The notes below the pieces were generated by a model, which made no database searches, had not been told where the DNA came from, and saw only the letters and a program-made list of their open reading frames with translations. Source: an uncultured Ruficoccus sp. (lineage in GTDB: Bacteria > Verrucomicrobiota > Verrucomicrobiia > Opitutales > Cerasicoccaceae). From it: DNA of 10,550 nt. This document shows, in pieces, positions 1-5,699 of this stretch; the first letter of the stretch is position 1; each line of letters opens with the position of its first letter. The stretch covers positions 1 through 10,550 of the forward strand of contig OZ223492.1 in the NCBI GenBank assembly GCA_965140785.1, given 5' to 3'. A program made the translations under genes and the position numbers.

Positions 1-840
1 CCAGCCGAGAGCCTCGGAGGTGTGGATGACGCCTTCGTATTTCTCGCCGTCCACGCTGACTTCGAGGTGGCCGGAGCCCTTGGCGTAGAGCGCGCCATAG
101 GCTTCGGAAACCTCCTGGGCCTTCTTGGAGTTGAATTCGTCGTGGCGCGGGTCCGCGAGCACGGTGCCGTCGCCCTGGAGCAGCACCACGAAGCCGTTTT
201 CGCCGACCTTGAGGTTCTTGATCAGGTCGGTCATGTCCGTGAGCGTGATATCGATGGCGGCGACGCCCAGAATCTGTCCGGCGTCGTCCTTGAACGGGTG
301 CATGATGCTGATGGTCACGTCGCCCGTGGTGGACACGTAGGCGTCGGAGATGCTGGACTGGTCGGGCGTTTCCAGGGCCTTGGGATACCAGGGCCGCTTG
401 CGCGGGTCGTAGCCCGCCGGCAGGGAGGTGTCCCTGCCCATGATCATGCTGCCGTAGCGGGTGCCGATGTAGACGTCCACGTAGTCCGGGTGGCTCTTCT
501 GTATGGCGCTCAGAAAGCCGCGAATTTCGTATCCGAGCTGGTCATCGGGCCGGATGCGGGAGATGTTGTCCGAAGTGGTGTTCGCGTAACTGGTCAGCCC
601 GGCGTCGATGCGTCCATACATGGGACCGCTCGCGGCCATTTTGGCGTTGAGGCGGGCTTGGTCCATGAAGGTTTCGATGGTTTTGTCGACCTGGCGAAGC
701 TCTTTGTCCGTGCTGCTGATGAAATTGTCGAAGGATTGGTTGCTGGTGTTCCAGGCGATGATGCTGAAAATCGCCGCGACAGGAAGCGCGATGGTGATCA
801 GCAAGCCGCCGACCAGCTTCGCCTTGATGGATTTCCTCAT
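1..840 (-). CDS. dCache_1-domain transmembrane receptor, most likely a methyl-accepting chemotaxis protein (N-terminal 280 aa; runs off the left edge)
   Basis: Hand translation from ATG at 840 (GGGGGA upstream), open to base 1: MRKSIKAKLVGGLLITIALPVAAIFSIIAW (TM1)...YVDVYIGT...GYDPRKRPWYPKAL...ISDAYVSTTG...GQILGVAAIDITL...KVGENGFVVLLQGDGTVLADP...HTSEALGW, the standard dCache_1 layout ending just before TM2. Absent from the ORF track because no stop lies in the window. The output domain is not visible, so MCP is inferred. Confidence 0.88.
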   Translation of the reverse strand, partial: MRKSIKAKLVGGLLITIALPVAAIFSIIAWNTSNQSFDNFISSTDKELRQVDKTIETFMDQARLNAKMAASGPMYGRIDAGLTSYANTTSDNISRIRPDDQLGYEIRGFLSAIQKSHPDYVDVYIGTRYGSMIMGRDTSLPAGYDPRKRPWYPKALETPDQSSISDAYVSTTGDVTISIMHPFKDDAGQILGVAAIDITLTDMTDLIKNLKVGENGFVVLLQGDGTVLADPRHDEFNSKKAQEVSEAYGALYAKGSGHLEVSVDGEKYEGVIHTSEALGW

Positions 841-975
841 GGTGGTTCCCCCGTGCTCTTTCTTGATCTGAAATGTGTCCCGCCCACGGCCGCGTACGTG
901 CGCGATGCGGCTGCGGGAAGCCCGTCCATGTGGAACGCTGTTCCACGCGAACGCTGCAATGCTCCCCTCATCTCA

Positions 976-1005
976 AGCGTAGCACATCGCGGTGGGAATG
1001 CACAA
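976..1005 (-). promoter_or_regulatory. Putative sigma70 promoter of the dCache receptor gene
   Basis: Minus strand TTGTGC-N18-TACGCT with TGn directly before the -10 (extended -10), about 135 nt upstream of the ATG. Confidence 0.4.
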
Positions 1006-1022
1006 TAAAAGAGCACTGCGGC

Positions 1023-1052
1023 GCATCTCAAACGGAGATTTGAAACCGATGC
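1023..1052 (-). terminator. Imperfect hairpin after the Rid gene (possible weak terminator or 3' stabiliser)
   Basis: GCATC-TCAAA / TTTGA-(AACC bulge)-GATGC with a 6-nt loop, 7 nt after the Rid stop; no adjacent U tract. Confidence 0.3.
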
Positions 1053-1059
1053 GGGGTGG

Positions 1060-1461
1060 TTAGTCCGCGGCAGTGTCCATGACGGCTTCCGCTTCGACTT
1101 CCACCAGCCATTCCGGGTTGATGAAGCGGCAGACCTGCAGAAAGGTGCAGGCAGGACGGATCTCGCCGAAGACCTCGCCGTGGGCGCGGGCGGCCTCTTC
1201 CCAGCGGTCCATGTCCGTGACCATGATCCGGGTGCGGACCACGTTTTCGAGGCTCGCTCCGGCGCGGGCGAGCACGTCCTGAATGATTTCCAGGCTGCGC
1301 ACCGTCTGGGCGTACATGTCGCCGGGCGCGTGCACGCTTCCGTCCGGGGCGATGGGCGCGCACCCGGTCAGCGCCAGGAAGTCGCCCACGCGGCGCGCGC
1401 GGGAAAAACCGAGCTTGGCTTCCAGGGGGTGGCCGTAGCTGATGTTTTCGCGCCGGGTCAT
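1060..1461 (-). CDS. Rid (YjgF/YER057c/UK114) family protein, Rid6-like
   Basis: Motifs GFSRARRVG, GDMYAQT, GASLENVVRTRIMVTD, HGEVFGEIRPACT, EWLVEVEAEA. ATG at 1461 overlaps the cupin stop (ATGA) with GGAG upstream; preferred over the GTG at 1467. Confidence 0.92.
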   Translation of the reverse strand: MTRRENISYGHPLEAKLGFSRARRVGDFLALTGCAPIAPDGSVHAPGDMYAQTVRSLEIIQDVLARAGASLENVVRTRIMVTDMDRWEEAARAHGEVFGEIRPACTFLQVCRFINPEWLVEVEAEAVMDTAAD

Positions 1462-1829
1462 ATCCACTCCGGCTCGACCCGGCGTGCGCTGTCCGCGTCG
1501 CCGGTGTTGACGGTCTCCTTGGGCTCGATGAGCATGATCTTGGTTTCACGCGGGCAGACGGGCATGTGCTCCACCCCGCGCGGGACCACGATGAACTGGC
1601 CGGGTCCGACCACGACGTCGCGGTCCGGCAGGCGCATGGTCAGCTCGCCTTCGAGCACGTAGAACATCTCGTCCTCGGCTTCGTGCGTATGCGGGATGAA
1701 CTCGCCTTCCAGCCGGGCCAGCTTGACGTACATGCCGTTCATCTCGGCCACGACCTTGCCTTGCCATTGCTGGGTGAACAGGCCGAATTTTTCGGCCACG
1801 TCGATCTTGTCCAGTCTGCCTTTGCTCAT
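1458..1829 (-). CDS. Single-domain cupin protein (YdbB-like), 123 aa
   Basis: MSKGRLDKIDVAEKF...; cupin motif 1 GEFIPHTHEAEDEMFYVLEG and motif 2 GQFIVVPRGVEH (3-His/1-Glu metal site). ATG at 1829 overlaps the Lrp stop (ATGA) with AAGGAG upstream. Confidence 0.92.
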   Translation of the reverse strand: MSKGRLDKIDVAEKFGLFTQQWQGKVVAEMNGMYVKLARLEGEFIPHTHEAEDEMFYVLEGELTMRLPDRDVVVGPGQFIVVPRGVEHMPVCPRETKIMLIEPKETVNTGDADSARRVEPEWI

Positions 1830-2314
1830 TCGTTCTCTCCTTGCTTGGTTCGCGGCAGTTCCGGTCCGGGCGATTCCTTGACCGGCCGCAGGGCGATGAC
1901 CGTGCGGGTGGATGTCACCGCGGGGATGTCGTTCAGGGCCAGGAGCACCTGTTCCAGCTCCCCGGTGTCGGCGCAGCGGACCTTGACCAGGAAGCATTCC
2001 TCTCCGGCCATGTGAAAGACCTCTTCCGCTCCGCGCGCCCCGGACAGGGCACGGGCCACGTTCATGGCCTCGCGGTGCGGGGCGATGCGCACGCCCACGA
2101 AGGCGAGCAGGCCCTGGCCAAGAGCGTCCGCGTCGAGCACGGCGGAATAGCCGCGGATGATTCCGCGCGCTTCCAGCTTGCGTACCCGCTCGTGCACGGC
2201 CGAGGTGGTCAGGCCCACCTGCCGGGCGATCTCCGCGTTGGGCGTGCGGGCGTCCGCGCGCAGGATTTCCAGAATTTGCCGGTTGATCTCGTCGATGGCT
2301 GGGTTGTCGTTCAT
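1826..2314 (-). CDS. Lrp/AsnC family transcriptional regulator
   Basis: IDEINRQILEILRADARTPNAEIARQVGLTTSAVHERVRKLEARGIIRGY HTH plus C-terminal RAM domain (AGEECFLVKVRC...TSTRTVIAL); 162 aa. Confidence 0.95.
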   Translation of the reverse strand: MNDNPAIDEINRQILEILRADARTPNAEIARQVGLTTSAVHERVRKLEARGIIRGYSAVLDADALGQGLLAFVGVRIAPHREAMNVARALSGARGAEEVFHMAGEECFLVKVRCADTGELEQVLLALNDIPAVTSTRTVIALRPVKESPGPELPRTKQGENE

Positions 2315-2320
2315 GAATTG

Positions 2321-2350
2321 ACGATATGCCTAAGCATCGCGGTGTGTCAA
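2321..2350 (-). promoter_or_regulatory. sigma70 promoter of the Lrp-cupin-Rid operon, probably giving a leaderless mRNA
   Basis: Minus strand TTGACA-N18-TATCGT-CAATTC-ATG: consensus -35, TAnnnT -10 ending 6 nt before the start codon, no Shine-Dalgarno. Confidence 0.6.
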
Positions 2351-2391
2351 TTGCGAATCGTTCACATGATTGTCTTTATTCTGATCAATCG

Positions 2392-3372
2392 TCATTGATA
2401 GAAGCTGAATCGGCGTCGATATTCCCCCGGCGTCAGCCCGGTGGTGCTTTTGAACAGTCTGCGGAATCCGGCCGCATCCAGGTAGCCGACCTCCCCCGCG
2501 ATGTCCTCCACGCTGCGCGTGCCGGAGGCGAGCAGTCTTTTGGCCCGCTCCACGCGCACCTCGCGCAGGTAGGACTGGGGGGAAAGGCCGAGCCGCGCCA
2601 GGAAACGGCGGTGCAGGGTGCGGGGTTCCAGGCCGCTCGCTTTGGCGAGGTCGCCCACGCTCGAAGCGGGTCGGCGTTCCGCGACTTCCTGGGCCGTCAA
2701 TACGGCGCGGTCGCCGTGGGCCATGTTCGGACCGAAGGCCGGGTAGGGCGCTTGGCTGGGAGGGCGCGCATCGATGAGCAGAGTGCGGGCGCAGGAGAGG
2801 GCCAGTTCGGGCGAGCCGAAGCGGGCCACCAGGTGCAGGCTGAGGTCGAGATAGGCCGTGGCTCCGCCCGCGCAGACGTAGTCGCCGTTGTCCAGGAGCA
2901 TCCGGTCCGCGCGCAGCCGGACCCTGGGATAGCGGCGCTGGAAATCCCCGGCCAGACTCCAGTGGGTGGTGGCGGGACGATGGTCCAGCAGGCCTGTTTC
3001 CGCCAGCAGGAACGAGCCCGCGCAGACAGTGGCCACGCAGCTTCCCCGGGCATGGCATTCGCGGATCCAGGCGGTCCATTCCGGTGCGGGGAGCAGTCCG
3101 TGGAGGTTCTCGAAAATAGCAGGAAGGACGATCAAATCCGGCGGAGAGGCGCCCTTGGCCGGGGCGCTTATGTCCAGGTCGGGATCGAGCGAGCGTCCGT
3201 CGAAGCCGAGCACACGGGCGAGGCTGTTGCCCGCGCAGCGGGCGCGAAAGCGAACGTCGCCGGACGCTTGGGCGTGGATGTTGGCCACGGCGAAGACGTC
3301 GAGCACGCCTGTGACGCTGGAAACAAGACAGCCGGGCAGGGCCGCCACGTGGATGGAAATCGTGTCGCGCAT
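2392..3372 (-). CDS. GlxA-family transcriptional regulator (DJ-1/PfpI-like domain + AraC HTH)
   Basis: ATVCAGSFLLAETGLLDHRPATTHW, AGGATAYLDLSLHLV, and AraC C-terminus RTLHRRF...SPQSYLREVRVERAKRLL...IAGEVGYLDAAGFRRLFKSTTGLTPGEYRRRF; 326 aa. Confidence 0.95.
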   Translation of the reverse strand: MRDTISIHVAALPGCLVSSVTGVLDVFAVANIHAQASGDVRFRARCAGNSLARVLGFDGRSLDPDLDISAPAKGASPPDLIVLPAIFENLHGLLPAPEWTAWIRECHARGSCVATVCAGSFLLAETGLLDHRPATTHWSLAGDFQRRYPRVRLRADRMLLDNGDYVCAGGATAYLDLSLHLVARFGSPELALSCARTLLIDARPPSQAPYPAFGPNMAHGDRAVLTAQEVAERRPASSVGDLAKASGLEPRTLHRRFLARLGLSPQSYLREVRVERAKRLLASGTRSVEDIAGEVGYLDAAGFRRLFKSTTGLTPGEYRRRFSFYQ

Positions 3373-3379
3373 GCTGTCT

Positions 3380-3444
3380 TGTCCGATTTTGCACCAAGGA
3401 TGTCAAATACGTCACTCGCGGATTGGGGGCGGGCCGGGCAGAAT
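3380..3444 (+). promoter_or_regulatory. Candidate GlxA/AraC tandem operator and -10 element of the hydrolase promoter
   Basis: TGTCnnATnnnnCAC at 3380-3394 and 3401-3415 (21-bp period), abutting the -35 position of CAGAAT (3439-3444). Confidence 0.5.
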
Positions 3445-3487
3445 GGGCATGTCCGAATGGTTGAACAATAGATGAAAGGAGAGGGAT

Positions 3488-4072
3488 ATGGAGACGAAGG
3501 CTTTGCAGCGGAACGCTGCGCTGGTGTTGGTGGACGTACAGAACGATTATTTCGCCGGGGGCCGCATGGCCCTGCCCGGCGCGGAGCGGGCTGGGGAACG
3601 GGCGGCCGCGCTGCTTGGGGCGTGGCGCGCGGCGGGATTGCCCGTGCTGCACATCCGGCATGAATCCGTGCGTCCGGGGGCGACATTCTTCCTGCCGGGT
3701 ACCCAAGGCGCCGCGATCCGGGCCGAGGTCGCTCCTCTGGGGGATGAAGTGGTGCTGACCAAGCAGTATCCGAACAGTTTCCGCGACACGGGGCTGGAGG
3801 CCGCGTTGCGGGAGCGGGGCGTTTCCCTGCTGGTGGTCGCGGGGATGATGACGAACATGTGCATCGACGCCACGGTACGGGCCGCGTTCGACCTGGGCTT
3901 CGAGTGCGTCGCGGCCCACGACGCCTGCGCTGCCTGCGCGCTCGAATTCGGCGGCGTGCGCGTGGGCGCGGATCAGGTCCATGCCGCGTTCCTGGCCGCA
4001 CTCGGCTCGGTCTACGCCCGACTGGCCACGGTGGAGGAACTGGTCGAGGAAGTGGTGGCCGAGGCGCAGTGA
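3488..4072 (+). CDS. Isochorismatase-family cysteine hydrolase
   Basis: ALVLVDVQNDYF (Asp), KQYPNSFRDT (Lys), AGMMTNMCIDATVRAAFDLGF (Cys) catalytic triad; AAGGAGAGG RBS; 194 aa. Confidence 0.95.
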   Translation: METKALQRNAALVLVDVQNDYFAGGRMALPGAERAGERAAALLGAWRAAGLPVLHIRHESVRPGATFFLPGTQGAAIRAEVAPLGDEVVLTKQYPNSFRDTGLEAALRERGVSLLVVAGMMTNMCIDATVRAAFDLGFECVAAHDACAACALEFGGVRVGADQVHAAFLAALGSVYARLATVEELVEEVVAEAQ

Positions 4073-4156
4073 GCGTTTTCGGACCATGTCCGCCTGCGGC
4101 TTCGGCAGCGGAGAGGACGCATTTTTCGCGCACGCGCTCGGAACTGCGCTGAATCG

Positions 4157-4186
4157 AAAGCCCGGTCGACAGACCGGGTTTTTTTT
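4157..4186 (+). terminator. Rho-independent terminator
   Basis: GCCCGGTC-GACA-GACCGGGT followed by a T run ending at 4186, downstream of the hydrolase gene. Confidence 0.85.
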
Positions 4187-4202
4187 CTTCGAAATTGGCC
4201 GT

Positions 4203-4222
4203 GCTCAGTCTCGGCTAAGTCT
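4203..4222 (+). promoter_or_regulatory. Candidate OmpR-family (QseB/PmrA-type) direct-repeat box upstream of the PepSY gene
   Basis: GCTCAGTCT (4203-4211) and GCTAAGTCT (4214-4222): 8/9 identical with an 11-bp period, 57 nt before the PepSY ATG. Confidence 0.5.
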
Positions 4223-4279
4223 GTCCGGCTACCTCTTTTCCAACGCAAATGTCTGCGTGAAAAAAAACGGAGGTTGAAC

Positions 4280-4642
4280 ATGTCCGGAAAAATCAAGATC
4301 GCACTGTTTTTCATCGCCCTGACGTCCTTCAGCTCTTTGGCCTTTGCGCTGGGGAACGGTTCGAACGATGCCTCGCCCGTCTTGAAGGAGCGCATTTCCC
4401 TGTCGCAGGCCGTGGCGGTGGCGGAGAAGGCCGCAGAAGGCCGGGCTTCGCGCGCGGAATATGAGAAGACCGGGAACAGCGGGGTCTACGAAGTGGAAGT
4501 GGTCGGCGCGCAGGGCGTATTCGACGTCAAGGTCGATGCGGGCAAGGGAACGGTCATTTCCTCCGCTCCCGACAAGCACGACCAGGGCGGAGGTGACGGG
4601 GACGAGCATGAGAACGGCGACGAGCACGAGCGCGAGGATTAA
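4280..4642 (+). CDS. Secreted PepSY-domain protein with His/acidic C-terminal tail, 120 aa
   Basis: GGAGG RBS (4269-4273) and ATG 4280; signal peptide MSGKIKIALFFIALTSFSSLAFA; PepSY pattern ISLSQAVAVAEK...YEVEVV...VKVDAGKGTVI. Confidence 0.88.
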   Translation: MSGKIKIALFFIALTSFSSLAFALGNGSNDASPVLKERISLSQAVAVAEKAAEGRASRAEYEKTGNSGVYEVEVVGAQGVFDVKVDAGKGTVISSAPDKHDQGGGDGDEHENGDEHERED

Positions 4643-4651
4643 CCGCGACCC

Positions 4652-4741
4652 GTTCAGGCGGCGTACGTGACGTCCGGAAACGGCGGCGGCCGCCCTGACC
4701 CCCTTCGGGGTCCGGCCGCCGCCAATCCCCTCAACCTGAAC
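4652..4741 (+). other. Structured intergenic element between the PepSY and DUF347 genes
   Basis: Perfect 11-bp stem GGCGGCGGCCG (4682-4692)/CGGCCGCCGCC (4713-4723) capped by GACCCC/GGGGTC; enclosing stem GTTCAGG (4652-4658)/CCTGAAC (4735-4741). Confidence 0.5.
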
Positions 4742-4759
4742 AGAAGAGGAGTCCCCAGC

Positions 4760-5539
4760 ATGGCTTTCAGCGAAGATAATACTACAAAATTACTGAATAA
4801 AGTTCCAGAGGTGGCCTTGGTGTTCTGGATCATCAAGATCATGGCCACGACCATCGGCGAAACAGCGGCCGATTATTTGAACTTCAACCTGGGACTGGGG
4901 CTGGTCGGAACGTCCGTTGTCGTCGGCGCGTTGCTGCTGGGGGCTTTGAGTGCGCAGTTCCGGTCCCGCGGATACGTTCCCTGGAAGTATTGGCTGACAG
5001 TGTTGCTGATCAGCGTTTTCGGGACGCTGGTCACGGATTATCTCGTGGATGTCGCGGGGGTTTCCCTGGTGACGGCCACGGTCGTCTTCAGTGCTGCTCT
5101 GGCCGCGACCTTCGCCGTCTGGTATGCACGGGAAAAGACGCTTTCGATTCATGAAATTACCACGTTCAAGCGTGAGATGTACTATTGGGCTGCCATATTG
5201 TTCACCTTTGCCCTTGGAACGGCTGCCGGTGACCTGGTTTCCGAGGGGCTGGATCTGGGGTATGCGGTTTCGGCCATGATTTTTGCCCTGCTGATCGTGA
5301 CGGTGACGGCGTCGCATTATCTCCTGCGCATGAACGCGACCCTGGCCTTCTGGATCGCCTACGTGTTGACCCGGCCCTTGGGGGCTTCCTGCGGCGACCT
5401 TCTCTCCCAGTCCGCCGGAGACGGCGGGCTCGGCCTTGGAACGGTGGGCACCAGCGTGTTCTTCCTGGCCACCATACTCGGGTTGGTCGCCTATCTGAGC
5501 CTGGGACAGAATCGGGCCAGGGCCATCGCTGAGGAATGA
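4760..5539 (+). CDS. COG4705 / DUF347-repeat integral membrane protein, 259 aa
   Basis: GAGGAG RBS and ATG 4760; family N-terminus NKVPEVALVFWIIKIMATTIGETAADYL and four internal repeats (FW..GETAAD, YW..GTLVTD, YW..GTAAGD, FW..GASCGD); about 8 hydrophobic segments. Confidence 0.92.
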   Translation: MAFSEDNTTKLLNKVPEVALVFWIIKIMATTIGETAADYLNFNLGLGLVGTSVVVGALLLGALSAQFRSRGYVPWKYWLTVLLISVFGTLVTDYLVDVAGVSLVTATVVFSAALAATFAVWYAREKTLSIHEITTFKREMYYWAAILFTFALGTAAGDLVSEGLDLGYAVSAMIFALLIVTVTASHYLLRMNATLAFWIAYVLTRPLGASCGDLLSQSAGDGGLGLGTVGTSVFFLATILGLVAYLSLGQNRARAIAEE

Positions 5540-5548
5540 GGCTTGACG

Positions 5549-5579
5549 CCTGTGGTGGTCCCCGATGGACCGCCACAGG
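5549..5579 (+). other. Strong hairpin 3' of the DUF347 gene (3'-end stabiliser or atypical terminator)
   Basis: CCTGTGGTGGTCC-CCGAT-GGACCGCCACAGG, 13-bp stem with one G:U; no U tract. Confidence 0.55.
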
Positions 5580-5699
5580 GAAACTGGGGCAATGGCTGGA
5601 GGCCGGAGCGCTGGAAGGAACGCACGGTCCTCTGGCTTTTGAGTGAACGTTTTAGAATATGCGCTGAACCGCCGATGACAGTTTTTTTGGGAGGAATTG

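Noticed and set aside
841..975. c-di-GMP or amino-acid riboswitch in the receptor leader
   Set aside because: No conserved aptamer sequence that I could recognise; an Rfam scan would be needed to exclude it fully.
22..1008. 328-aa + strand ORF
   Set aside because: Antisense shadow of the dCache receptor gene, in register with its codons; no recognisable motifs.
853..1016. 9-bp inverted repeat GTGCTCTTT (853-861) / AAAGAGCAC (1008-1016) as MITE ends or a long-range pairing
   Set aside because: Short, no target-site duplication seen, and one arm lies upstream of the predicted promoter.
1830..1997. N-terminal extension of the cupin in the ORF track
   Set aside because: Lies inside the Lrp gene; ATG 1829 has an SD and an ATGA overlap.
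2326..4133. Long ORFs 2326-3471 (+), 2330-4087 (-) and 3168-4133 (-)
   Set aside because: Overlap the well-supported GlxA and hydrolase genes; Arg/Pro/Ala-rich off-frame or antisense products typical of GC-rich DNA.
4151..4158. GAATCGAA shared with the tRNA T loop (9114-9121) as a possible att remnant
   Set aside because: Only 8 bp with mismatched flanks and no acceptor-stem sequence; expected by chance.
4667..4759. GTG-start extension of DUF347
   Set aside because: Crosses the intergenic hairpin; ATG 4760 has a GAGGAG SD and gives the family N-terminus.
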